A stretch of DNA of 58,738 bases from positions 1 through 58,738 of the forward strand of contig JABANN010000162.1 in assembly GCA_013115125.1 (NCBI GenBank), read 5' to 3'. The notes below the pieces were generated by a model. The model was not told the origin of the DNA, searched no databases, and saw only the letters and a program-made list of their open reading frames with translations. Below, piece by piece: positions 13,410 to 26,559 of this stretch. The first letter of the stretch is position 1; every line of letters begins with the position of its first letter. The translations under genes were made by a program, and so were the position numbers. The stretch comes from Perkinsus olseni. Lineage: Eukaryota.

Positions 13410-16400
13410 GTTTAGCTGAAGCCCTTGGGTCCTTATACCTTTCTACACCATTCTGGTGCTGCTCTCGGTACGGTCATTTAAACTTCTGTTTTTTGTTTTC
13501 TCGAAGCCATCCGATTTCTTCAGAAGAGTGGCTATTAGTAACTTGTAACTCTACAGTCTGTTACCGAATGTATTAGCCTTCGTTCGGGCTCCTACTCTCA
13601 AGGCCTGGCGTTGTCATAGGGGGGGGGGTCCGCTGACAGTCATGTCGCTTGGTGGTCGTATAATTTCATAATCAAACGAGCAATGGCTGCCCTATCAGTA
13701 ACTCATGAACGAGCGTTCGCTTCACACGCTCGCTGCTTTTGCGACATCCTTCGTGTGTGGGCTGATGGCGTCTTTTTGACAACTGATGTGTCGGTTGTAG
13801 TTGTGAGTGAAGCAATTAGTGTAATGGCGGGTGCTCACAGCTTCATCAGCGATTCAGCCCTGACGAGGTCTCCTCATTACAGTGAGCACTCAGTACTCGC
13901 CCAGAAGCTGGACGATGTGAGACCGCTCCCAGGCCGCTCGCTCATAGCCCATTGGTGATGCCTCCTTAGTGCTTCTCTTCCTGCCGAGCTGGCAAGTCGC
14001 CGCCCCTGACTCCAACGGTCGTGCAAGATTTGGACTCGGTATCGTACGCCTTGACGTGGACTGCCGACCACGCTGTGCAGGTTGACATTCACTGTGAGTG
14101 GGAGCCTCTGGCCGATCTCTGAATCTTGCTAGGCTCGTGACTTCCTGTACTCTATACAGTGCATGCGGCTGAGCACCTGGGGGAAAGGGGTGTAGCTATG
14201 ATGGCCTCACGGAAGGGCAGTTCTTCGAATCTTACTGCCTAACAGAAATCGCGTCCGAGCAGTGTAATCGGGGTATCCCGATAATTAGATGAATACCGCA
14301 GAAGCTAGTCTCAGTTGACTATCAGCAGTCTCTTGGTGGATCATTCGAGACTAGCGTGAGACGATATCTGTATAACGACATGGGGCGTGCGAGCCTGCGA
14401 CACGACAACAGGCAGATGCCAACGACTAGTCCTCATTAGTGCTTCTCTCAGGCCCGTACATTCTGCCAAGCATTGTGACCAATTTCGTCAACTCGATTTT
14501 GCAGGATATCTTCTCGGACATCACGCCACTGGAAGGTTCAGTCGGAATCCGTCTGAGACTCCCGCGGTAAGGCACACTCTCCTGTCCCTTACCGCACCAT
14601 GCCTACTTGCTACCGGAGAACTTCTGGGAAGTCGAGAGGTTTTCAGGTCCTTCCGCGACAAGAACGCTGTAGCGGAGCTTCTCCAGTCGAGGACTCGAAT
14701 GCTATCATCGTGGCTAGAGAGAATCTTGCAGTGCGAAAAACCAGTGCTTCGACACTCTTTTCGATCGGCCATTCAGGTCGGTCGTCAATCAAAAGTCAAG
14801 TGGAGACGCCGAAGCGGTCAGCTGCAGTTTGCTCCATCCTAACCTGTCGACATGGACTGACCCTCGCCGCAGGGTCGTTGGTTTGGTCTCTTTGATACCG
14901 GTTAGACTGCCATCGTTGGCTCCTGAGTCTCTTGCTGCAGAGATCTCGGCGCTTCCTGCTGGTCGAGAGATGGGCTTTGGCTCAGGCACGCCGTGTGAAT
15001 CCTAACGTTGGGTGGGCCCTACTGGAGGCAGCAATTCAATCGCAAAGTGATGTCGCTGACTGACGTACAGAGCGATGTAGCTTGTCCTCTCTGCAGCTTC
15101 CCTCAGCACAAGTCATCAGGAGTGCCTCAAAATCGGTTTCAGTCGGACTGACGCTGAAGGTGAGCGCCGCTCGGAGATCAGCGACGGTAACTTCCAGTGT
15201 GCATGCCAGCATTTCGTCAGATATCCCGTTTCCGCAAGAGTGTTCGCAGCTCCTCGGTAGTGTGCCGAGCCAAGCCGGGGGACCTCAGACCGGCCGAGAG
15301 TATCGCTACCTGCACATAAGTGATAGTCGCTATTAGTCCCTTTGAAATAGCGCATAGTGTTCTTTTGAAGGTGTCAACTGTGAGCTTGTCTATGATAAAT
15401 TTGAAGAAGAAGAAGAGATTTCTGCACTCCTGGATGAGCGTATGTTGGATCTGCTCGCTTCGTTAACTTATCCTGATTAGTCGTGAACCTCCGTCACACT
15501 GTGGACCATATCGTTCGAACGGGACTCATCGAGATCACGGCAGCTAGCCGTGTTGGTGCTGAAGGCGTTATCCGGAAGGTTCGAGAAGGCCGGCCAGCAG
15601 CAGTAGCTCATGCATGAAAGAGTTGCACGGTTTCATGAGCTGTGTTGACGTTGGATTACCGAGTGGGTAGGCAGGCTAGAGCCTAGCGTGAATTCCAGTG
15701 TAGAAGCTGAGGGCAATGAATCATTGCCAATGATGCAGAGTGGCTGTATCGCCGACTAGAATGCCACGACAGACAGCTGTGTTGTCGGCTAAGCCGGCCA
15801 TATCAATCAAATACAACAGCAAACCACATACATCACCGTACATCGCGGAGGACAAGTTAACGCGCAGAAAAGCTGGCACTCCACTGTCTGCTAGATAGCG
15901 ATGTGTGGCCGCTGAAGGGCCGTTCCATTCACACTTACTCGAGCGCCTGAAGTAGATGATGTACAGTACATCTACGGGAAACGGCAGGTTTTTCATTCAA
16001 GTTACAAAAGCGCCCCTCCGAGGGACTCCCTCGGGAATCTAAGGAGCGTCTCCCTACAGCACTCTGTTCCACGAGAACTAAGAAGCAGTCTTTCAAGAAC
16101 GCTCCACGTGGAGAGCTACAATTCTTGCTCTCTGGGCCTGGAACATCGTGCTGTACATGGCATTGTCGCCACGTATCCTACAGCCCTAATGGCTGAGCCC
16201 TCCCCTAGGGCCATAAGTGAAAGAAGTTCGACGTGCACCGGAAAGGCGTTGGATAGAACGTACCGTACAAAGCAGACAGAAGTGCTGGAGGGTTGTGCTG
16301 GAAAACGGTGCTCCACGTTCAGTGGAAAAGAGGCGGGGCGATTAACTAGTGCGACCCCTACACGGTTGCAAGTTGCAGCCCGAAGCTGAGCGATAGAACC

Positions 16401-16818
16401 GAATACCTGACTTTCACTGCCGGTGACAGCTAGAGGTGTCAGTATCGCCATAGTGGAATATCAGCAGCCTGCATCGCTGGCAAGGCCATCGGCCTCCGGC
16501 TAGCGGCAACTGTGCCACATGACCTGTATCTTGCGGCCGAAGTCTGGGCCAGACTGTCTGGTGGTGAGTTGGTTTAGCTCAGCTACTGATGGCTTCATCA
16601 ATGATGGTCTCGGGTTTTCAGAGGTTATCTTTTCCGTACTTCCGTCTTCATTGTGAACTGCGGGAACCGGCGGTGCATGGTCAGAAAGGCGAGAACAGTG
16701 AAGTAGACAATCTCTCACTGGCCGTAAGAATGGAGACAACGGCGAAAGCGACGTGCATGTCCTCAGGGCAGCTGGGCGGGTACGTTAGGGATTCATCCAG
16801 CTTTAACTTCAACATAAG

Positions 16819-18381
16819 ATGCACTCCCTCGTTGTGCTCATCTCGTGTGTTCTGCTCTCAGCCGGCGACGATATCGGCGAGGCTTATGAGCAGTACAAAC
16901 AGAAGTAAGTTCCACTCCGTTCAACGGAGTCCGTTGCTGTTGACCTAGTACACTACGCCCTCTACAGATATAATCTCCACTTCAACTCCTCAGAAGATGC
17001 ATTTAGGAAAGGCATTTTCGCAGAGAGCTTTGCTCGCATAGCCGAAGTCAATGGGCGCAATGACGGTGTTATTATTAACTGCTTCTGAGGATTGAGGAGC
17101 GTTGCTGCCTTAGGCTCGTCATATGAACTGGGAATCACCGAGTTCGCCGCGATGACTGATGATGAGTTCAACAACCTGCTTGTTTGCAACGACCATATCT
17201 CGCCTCCAGTCGCCAGGATTATCTATCCTCATTCCAAAGAGGGTCAGCGTGTGTTTGTGAGGAGCCTTTGTCTAGTTGTGCTGAACTCAAAGGTATTCGT
17301 CACAAGGATAAACTGAGGGTCGTGTCTCCACCCAAGAGTGTGGATTGGCGAAGTGCCGGCGCCGTGGCTCCTGTTCGCAAACAGAACGGCTGTGGCTGCT
17401 GCTACGCTATGGCGACTACCGGTAAGTGTTCTCGTTATCCCTTGCTAGTAGTCGCTGGTTAACTTACACAGAGGCTACCGAAGGCATCCTCCAGATCAAG
17501 ACGAAGAAGCTCATCCCGTTGTCGGTACAACAGATAGTCGACTGCAGCTCCTCTTCCCCCTTCGGAAATGAGTACGTGGCTGGTTCCCATTGAGGTGCTC
17601 TCCAAGGACCCTCTCGTCCCATTTAGCGGCTGCAAGGGAGGCTTCCAAGTGAATTCGTATTACTACATCGAGGAGAGAGGTATTGTGTCGGAGTCCTCCT
17701 ACCCCTACGTCGCAGCAGCTGGGGCTTGCAAGACAAGCATAACTAGGGATGTTCACAAGCAGTGTCTAGGGGTGAGCTTGCTCGTAGCATAACTTCATCA
17801 AGCATCCTATGTTCAGCCCGGCGATTTGCTGGGGTGGTGGCCCGTCAAGGAAGGCGACGGCGAGGAGCTGCTGGAAGGCGTCGCTAAACAGCCAGTGTCT
17901 GCGATTATCAATGCCAATCCTGCGGACTTCAAACTTTACAAGAGTGGAATTTACGAATGTGAGCCTTACTTGCCGATCGGAAACTTGATGACAGCCCAAT
18001 CTTTCTGCGCCATAAGTATGGGTAGACTTTGATTACCCCACTTTTGCTTTAGCTGAGTTCTGCGATTCTTCCGCGATTTCACACAGCGTCCTCATTACTG
18101 GGTATGGAACGGATGAGAAGGGCTTGAAGTAGGTTTGGTCGCTTCGGTTTTGCCCTCCTGCGTTCTTTCCACAGTTACTGGGAGATCAAAAACTCTTGGG
18201 GTACTGAGTGGGGGATGGCGGGGTACGGTCGATTGGTTCGTGGGGAGGGCGGTGAAGGTGAGTGCTTCTGCGCTACGGAATTCACTGGTATCTTCCATCT
18301 CAAGGTGAATGCGGCATCTTAAAGCAGGCCTACTATCCCCTCCTGGCCGACGAACTCGAGCCGGGCGAGCAGTGCGTGTGA
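16819..18381 (+). CDS. Papain-family (C1A) cysteine protease, copy 1
   Basis: Signal peptide MHSLVVLISCVLLSAG; I29 prodomain LGITEFAAMTDDEF; SVDWRSAGAVAPVRKQNGCGCCYAM; HSVLITGYG; YWEIKNSWGTEWGMAGY; GECGILKQAYYP. Confidence 0.92.
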
Positions 18382-18613
18382 ACATCGTATTATAAGACAG
18401 ATGTAGCTCTATGCAGCCCGAATGATGACTGTTCGAAAGCTACCCTACTTTTTCAAACTCTTTAAGAAGACTTCTTAGGACTACTAAAAGGATAATTCTT
18501 TCAGAATGATGGTTTGAAATTCTTGAAGAATTCCAGAGGATACTTTCCTTCTTGTTTTTCGGCCTGTTCAGTCGTTGAGCTAAGAGCGGCAAATGCTCCC
18601 TCCGGTTGATCGA

Positions 18614-18741
18614 ACAGTGTAGTGACTCTTACCGGTCAGAGCAGTTGTGTTATGACTCTTACCGGTCAGAGCAGTTGTGTTATGACTCTTACCGGTCAGA
18701 GCAGTGTAATGACTCTTACCGGTCAGAGCAGTTGTGTTATG
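18614..18741. repeat. Minisatellite, 4 copies of a 27-30 nt unit with core GACTCTTACCGGTCAGAGCAG
   Basis: Directly visible tandem units; the core is near-palindromic. Confidence 0.9.
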
Positions 18742-20692
18742 AAAATCGCCAGATAGAAACATCTATTACTCGTTGCTCGGCCATAAGTTCTCACTCAACA
18801 CCCGTGTATCTGGGAGGTGTCGAGGCCCGTAAGATGAGCAGACAGGGCGAATAGCGACTTTGGTGAGAAAGGCGTGAATTATAGAAGACGCCTCCATCCA
18901 CTGCCAGTGGCAACCGAATCATTTGTTGTTCCATCACGCGATGCTTATTACCACAATTTACTGAACGTTGTTGAGATGATCTCAATGAGATCAAACAGGT
19001 CACGCGCGAATGACTTCACAAAGCATTCAAGAGAAACCTAATTCGGGGACGTGCCCCGGTAGCAGTTTTTCATCCGAAAATCATCACTCGACTCGTCCAG
19101 CTCTGCCGATCGGATCTCCGGCCAATGACCTCGGGCTATCCAGTGGATGGCACCCACCAACAGCTGGGGATTGCCGCGCGGGCGATCGAGCCACGGATCA
19201 ATGTTTGCACTACTCCACACTACGCAGGCTTCACGAAACCTTTGTCGCTCTCCGGTAGACGGAATCTGTAGCCCTCACAGTATGGTTGCGTGCAGCTTTA
19301 GTCAGCCTGAGTTAGCAAGTGCTTACTTGAGTGCTCCCGATGTCTGTGGCGCAACTGCCTTTACCGACTAACCTGATGCTCGCACGCACTGCAAGCCGCG
19401 GTGGGGTTCCGCAGCCAGGATAGGATGGCACTGCTATCATAGCAGCTTGCCTCGGAATGCCGCTTTACCTTGAGAAAAGAGATATCAGCAAGCTTCGTAC
19501 CGTTGAAGGGCTCACCAGATGGTGTGCGATGGTGACAACATCGCCTGCCGCGATCCGCTCCCCATGACTCCTTGAACTCCCAGTATCAACCGAAAGAGCG
19601 CAAAGCCCGTGACTCTGTGAGCACACAAGCAGGTTATAAGAACTTGGTTGTTTGCTCACACACTCACTGGCCAACCCACACAACCCTCAGAGGCTTGTGA
19701 CAACCTTCGTGCCTCCTAGGGGTAGCAGTTACGGTTCCTGTATTACTCATCAATGATTAGACTAAATTCCAATGAATGCTAAATTATATTCAATGCGAAA
19801 TTTGCAGGCTCGCAGAAAGTTATACCAACGATTTGTCAATATCGCAACCAAAGAATGTTGCTGAAAGCTCAGTTGTGCTCAGTTGCTGATAGCGTAACAG
19901 GTTCAATAGGCGTTCTTAGTCGGTGAGTCACCGCAGCTCTGTCCGCCCTCCCTTGGCTGAACGCGACGCGCTGCAGGCTATGAAAGAAAAATTGTGAAAA
20001 TGTGGATCGCCGCTGTCCGACAGTGGCACTCACGATATCTGCACACCTCGTGACTGAACGTACCTGCACAGAAACGCTGCACCGTATCGCAGGTTTACGT
20101 CTTCCCCACGAAGGCCTCATCGCAGTTGCGAAGTCCACATACTTATCCGAAGGAGGTGATAATGATGATTATCATGTACCCCATCTCGGCCATATCTGAA
20201 CTGAGTTATTTCAAATTGAATTATCGAGGTTGGGTTCATCTAACTATGTTGCTTAAATTAACTTTATCCAAATTACTGAGTGAGATTCAATCCTTCTGCT
20301 AACAATCACACTGTATAGTGGTCATCCGGGTAGCTTAAGTCCGATAATAATATCGGTGAATGATACCAGTAGGGTCCTACTGGATTTTTGTGGATAAATC
20401 GTGGCGTCTTTAACCAGCGTTAGCGATAATTATTTCACCCTTCTGCTCAGATGGTGTACTCAGTACAGCGCAGTCTGTACTGTTATGGAACGAACCTCAT
20501 AACTACCCGGTGTGTAATAGTTGAGATTCTCAACTTGAGAAAGTTGAACCATGGAACTTCCTCAACTCGCAGCTTGTACGATCCCATCCCACTGTGAGGT
20601 GGCACCTCACAGAGGAAGTTATATTAACGTTCACGTCGGTTTCTCTCAGGTCACAGATTGTGTTTAATCATCAGGATTCCATGTCAGAGAGT

Positions 20693-21520
20693 TATGAGTC
20701 AAGAAGTCTATGGAGGCCGCCGATGTCGTCTGCCGCCGCACGAAGTTCACGATAGGAGGTCACGCTGTTTTTCAGCTTTGGACCAAAGTCTTTGGAATAC
20801 GACTGCGGAAAGTTCACCCTAAGGACTTCCTCAGTACTCCACACTGTGGAGTCCACAGCCTGGTGTCCTAGGTCTTCACTCTTGCGTGAAGGTACAACAA
20901 GGTAATGGTAAACGGAGAACTTCTTTGAAAGAAGCCCATGAGAAAGGATCCGTCGAGGTGGCGAGCATTTCGTAGCTATGAGCTAGCTTCTCATTGTACC
21001 CACGAAAGTGTTCAACACCGTTGAGGAGAGAGAACTTTCCACAATGACACGAACGAACGATTTCCACACTTTCATCGTTCCAGACCCGAGACGTACATCG
21101 TCGTGCGTACAGATGAACTGTGGCTACTGAACTGAGCGATGGCGATATCATCGGCCCCGAAGCGAGAGAAGCAGGACTTACCGGTAAGGGTGGAGCAACC
21201 TACAACAAGGCCGCTTCCGAAACAGCTCGTCTTCGATAAAAGTGTGGATATTGACGTATTAAATACGTCGTATTCTGCCCCTTATCCAAGCCCAATCTGA
21301 GGGAGACGGCTATGTGGGCCGCTATGTGCCCCATTGCGTTCACTTACGACTCTGTCACACACCGCAGGGGATGCGGGTGACATGCTCGCCGAGCATCGCT
21401 CGGGGATTGAACATGGAACCATAAGCACAGCGGTCTGTCACACTGGCCAACTCATCCGCATTGGTATTGGAAAAGTTGGAGAACTCAATGTTCTTGAGTT
21501 ACTAAATGTGAGTAGCATCT
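20693..21520 (-). CDS. Hypothetical multi-exon gene or pseudogene between the two proteases
   Basis: GT-AG bounded open segments such as KNIEFSNFSNTNADELASV, FICTHDDVRLGSG and FSVYHYLVVP...GGLHRLLDS*; no family recognised. Confidence 0.3.
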
Positions 21521-22084
21521 AGCGGGGTCCTTTCCGTCGGAAAGTTTACGACATTGCAGCCTCCGAAACCGGGCTTCCGAACATTACGATGTGCGAATGA
21601 GCTAGGGAGTTTGAAGGAAGGCGACCTATTCTAACTGCACGCACGAAGCTTAGCAGCCCTCAAGTCGGAGCCTTCGTCCAAGGTCTTTCGACCACGGGAG
21701 ATTAATCCTAATCCTCGAGAATCTTGAGTCAAGATTAAGGCTCTCGCCTCGAGAGTGTTGAACTGATGGCTCAAACTCAAAGCATTCAAGCCAGTGGCCT
21801 AGCGACGAGCATTGGATGCTTCCATTTTTGGATTTTCATAACACAACTGCTCTCACTAGAAAGATTCGTCATTTACTGGATCAAGCGAAATTGCCGTTCT
21901 TTGCCTAACGGCCGGATATGTCGGAAATTGAAGGAGGAAGAGTATCTTCTGAACTTCTCAAAAAGTTTGCAAAAATGAGCAGTGGCCGCGGCTACCCTCT
22001 TCAAGAGGTAGCTTTCGGAGTCGGCCATAGATCCACATTTGTGACGTCGTTATCGTCACGGTGATCGGTCTACTAATACGATGC

Positions 22085-23658
22085 TTACAGGCATTGCTCG
22101 CCAGGATGGACTTCGTCAGCCAGGAGAGGATAGTAAGCCTGCCTCAAGATGCCGCATTCACCTTGAGATGGAAGATACAAGTGAGATTCCTAGCACAGTG
22201 CTAGAAGCGCTAGAGAGCTCACCATCACCGCCCTTTCCGCGAATCAATCGGCCGTACCCCGCCATCCCCCACTCGGTGCCCCAGGAGTTTTTGAACTCCC
22301 AGTATCTGCGGCAAGAGCACAAAAGAAACAAAACTGATCGACCAAACCTACTTCGTGCCGTGCTCATCCTCTCCATATCCAGTGATGAGGACGCTGTGTG
22401 AAGCCTTAGAAGAAACGCAGGCGCCGGCTGAAACAAAAGGTGGCCAATCAAGCCCACCCACTCTAGTCGATCAGAAGCAGGTTACAGATTAGGCGGTGCC
22501 GATGGTCAATCGAAGCCTTACATTTGTAAATTCCTCCCTTGTAAAGTTTGAAGTCCGCAGGATAGGCATCGATGATCGCAGACACCGGCTGTTTAGCGAC
22601 GCTTTTCAGCATCTCCTCAATGTCGCCTTCCTTGATAGTCCACCAACCGATCAAGTCATCGGGCTGAACATAGGATGCTTGATGAAGTTATGCTACGAGC
22701 AAGCTCACCCCTAGACACTGCTTGTGAACATCCCGAGTTATGCTTTTCTTACAAGCCCCAGCTGCTGCGACGTAGGGGTAGGAGGACTCCGACACAATAC
22801 CTCTCTCCTCGATGTAGTAATACGAATTCACTTGGAAGCCTCCCTTGCAGCCGCTAAATGGGACGAGAGGGTCCTTGGAGAGCACCTCAATGGGAACCAG
22901 CCACGTACTCATTTCCGAAGGGGGAAGAGGAGCTGCAGTCGACTATCTGTTGTACCGACAATGGGACGAGCTTCTTCGTCTTGATCTGGAGGATGCCTTC
23001 GGTAGCCTCTGTGTAAGTTAACCAGCGACTACTAGCAAGGGATAACGAGAACACTCACCGGTAGTCGCCATAGCGTAGCAGCAGCCACAGCCGTTCTGTT
23101 TGCGAACAGGAGCCACGGCGCCGGCACTTCGCCAATCCACACTCTTGGGTGGAGCCGAGAATCTCAGTTTATCCTTGTGACGAATACCTTTGAGTTCAGC
23201 ACAACTAGACAAAGGCTCCTCACAAACACACGCTGACCCTCTTTGGAATGAGGATAGATAATCCTGGCGACTGGAGGCGAGATATGGTCGTTGCAAACAA
23301 GCAGGTTGTTGAACTCCTCATCAGTCATCGCGGCGAACTCGGTGATTCCCAGTTCATATGACGAGCCTAAGGCAGCAACGCTCCTCAATCCTCAGAAGCA
23401 GTTAATAATAACACCGTCATTGCGCTCATCGACTTCGACTACGCGAGCAAAGCTCTCTGCGAAAATGCCTTTCCTAAACGCATCTTCTGAGGAGTTGAAG
23501 TGGAGATTATATCTGTAGAGGGCGTAGTGTAGGTCAACAGCAACGGACTCCGTTGAACGGAGTGGAACTTACTTCTGTTTGTACTGCTCATAAGCCTCGC
23601 CGATATCGTCGCCGGCTGAGAGCAGAACACACGAGATGAGCACAACGAGGGAGTGCAT
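22085..23658 (-). CDS. Papain-family (C1A) cysteine protease, copy 2 (inverted duplicate)
   Basis: Same exon structure and motifs as 16819-18381: QNGCGCCYAM, HSVLITGYG, YWEFKNSWGTEWG, GECGILRQAYYP. Confidence 0.92.
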
Positions 23659-26559
23659 CTTATGTTGAAGCTTATGTTCGGCCGTCATTAGCTTTAATGG
23701 TTGATTGTGCAGCACAATTCGTGCGGCCCTGCCTGACAGACATTTCCTGTGCGGAGTAGAGTGGGAATAAAGCAGTCGTGCTGCTCAGTAGACAGTCGGA
23801 ATTCCCATGACTCAGAGGTTGGGACTCCCAACTTGGGAGGGTGAAAAATGAGCGGCTCTGCTGGCCCACTCCACCCTGCCTGTCAGAGCCAGCAACTAGC
23901 CTGTGTTGCTGTCACCTTGTAGTTGGAAGCCACCATGGTTCAGTAGGATAGGATAGCTGTCCCATTCCATACCCGATATGCCTGCTCCTGACGGCCAGTG
24001 TGTCAGCGCAGCTAACTTACCTGCTATAAATTATAGCCTATAATCAATTGTTCGCTATTCGTGATTCGACCTCATTTGATCATTACTAGCTTCTCCGGAT
24101 TTTTGAGTCAAAAATCACTTTTTGCGGCTGTGCGTCTGTTGACACGCACAGACCAGCTTTTGTGCGTAGTAGACAGAAAGACAGGTATGCCCTGGTCTGT
24201 TTGGCGGACGCTAACACAGTAGCCGCAGGGGACTTGGAAGAGGCGATTCCGAAGCCCGAACAGTGCTGTGAGTACTGAGCAGCGGTGTATGACTCGTGAG
24301 GCATCTCAGAGCAGCCGAGAGTCGTGTCAAACGGCTCGCGTCAGACAGGGGCGCGGCTCAGGTGCCAGAACAGTTCTGGCAGAACTGTGACAGCCAGTGG
24401 GCCACTGGCAGTGGCTGTCAGCCACTACGAGTTGGTGAGCAAGCGAATCATGTTGAGGCATGAGATCGCGACTGGTGATCCCCGAACCTAGCAGGTCGAA
24501 GCACTCTTCCCAATCCCTTCCCATCCTCTTCCCAATCGCAAACTCTCGCGCGCACCGCATCCGGATTCCGGCGGCGTTCAACATGAATTTAATCCCATAG
24601 CGCGCTGTTGTCTGCACGCCTTTTGTTATTAGTGGAGAGCCCAAGGTTTGCCTGGAAGAATTGTAAAACGGTCGTACTGAGTGTAGTGTGGTCGGGACAT
24701 GAGTGTGCAATGGGGTTAGTCCAGGACGAATGAGGATTGGGGCAGGGACCTTCGCGGGGATGGGTTCGGAGGTCGCTCACGTACAAAAGTTTTGCACGTT
24801 TTGTAACGAAATGTTATCCCGACTCGGATCCTGTGGTCTCTTCTTCGATCCGTATGTTCGATGCCAGATTCTTCGGTGACAAAACTGTTCGGTCCATTGG
24901 AACAAAATGACAGGAGCACATAACCTTTAGATTTTCGAGAGAAGCTTTTGATCCGTGAATAGAAAAAGAACAGTCGATTCATGAAAATGAGCCTCACCCA
25001 GTGAAATTCCAGTGTGTGCCGCCGCTCTAGGTCGAGTTTGCCATTCATTTCCGGAGTCAGTGTTGGTCAAAATCGTGCTCGGGGTTAGCCCGGCGATGGT
25101 TTTGTAGAGTGAAGGAGGCTCTGCCCAGAAACAGTATATGGAGGCCGAGCTCATGGATAACGTAAGGTGCAGACGCTCCGAAATTCCCTTCCAAGTACCG
25201 CAAAATGCGGCGCTTATGACGATCATCCAACTTTGGCTTTGGCCCGGGCTGCCTCTCGCGGCCATAGCCACACAGTCTATCAGATAGAAGTATAGACTAG
25301 CCTCTGCCTAAGGCTTGTTCCAGAGGGATCCCGCCCCTGAGAGAGCGGCGTACAGTCAGGCTCTATGAAAAGCCTGCTTGGGTCAGAGCGTGAGCATGTG
25401 ACACGCAGCATGTCGCCGGGGGTCTTTTCGAGGCTCTTTCGCTCTGCCGCCCGGGGGACGGTTTTAGCTACGTTCGAGTCGGAGGTTTCCGATTTCTCAG
25501 TTCGTCCCAGCCAGTGGCTGGCAGCCACCCACTTGCGATATGGCATCCCCGATGAACACCTCCGGTCAGCCGCTGACAGACAAGCGGTTCAAGTCACAGC
25601 TCAGGTAGCTGTCAGAGCCGCCGCTGCAGCCGAGCAAGAGGAAGGCGAGGCTGGCGCAGAAACCGCCGTTAGAGGTGGCGCAGAACCACGAAGACAGTGG
25701 CAGGATTGTCACCCAGGCGCGATTTTTCTTCGTCGCTCACTATCATGGCGGCGGCCGCCGCTCGTTCGTAGAGCCAATTTTCATTTCTCGATATGATACT
25801 GCTGATGTCGTTGATAAAGTGTCAATCAACGGACCATCGACCAATCTCGATGATTAAGGGTCACGGCAGCGGAGACCCGCTCGTCAAGGAGGGCGCACCT
25901 TCCGCCCTCATCAACATCCTCTCAATCCTCATCAGATTACTCCCGCTGAGTCTGGGAAGAGACTGGATCTGCGGAAGAGTATCTTGCGTGTGTTGACTCA
26001 ACACCAACGAGTGTCTTGCGTTACTTAATTAGAGCCTGTTTATCAAAGCCAAAAGTTCAGCCGTGCCCCGATCATATGGCGTCGTCCAACAGCTCCACAC
26101 AGGAGCTGCTCAAATTGAGCAGCTCAATCGAATCCTTCAACAACACCTCAAACAGGTCGAGACTTTGGTCTCCACCTCAACGCAACAGATCTTCCAGCAG
26201 CTGCAGAATGAAGAAGCACTGAGCTCCCTTCCAACCGATTGTAGTGTTCCCGGCTTGACCAGGACGTTCACTAAAAACAGCAGGAATCTCGCCACCCTTA
26301 GAACTCGACGGAAGCTGTGACATAGAGAAGGAAGTCAGGCTCTCAATACTTCTTACTTATACATACATTAAATTTAGTCTCAATAATAACTACTAGCTCC
26401 ACGCTACTAGCGTGACGCAAGAGCAATACACAAAGGGCGCTAAGATATCATTGACCTGCACACGCCGCAGAGACAGAGCGAATACAATGATGTATCCGAA
26501 TAGAACAACGCTAAGGAGAGGCGGATCACTACAGATGAGGTTGACGCGCACGTCTCAGA

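Noticed and set aside
13680-16750. Genes in the short ORFs between the transporter and protease 1
   Set aside because: No recognisable motifs or coherent exon chain could be built; left unannotated.
18614-18741. CRISPR array
   Set aside because: Intervening sequences are only 6-9 nt and nearly identical, there are no cas genes, and the context is eukaryotic.
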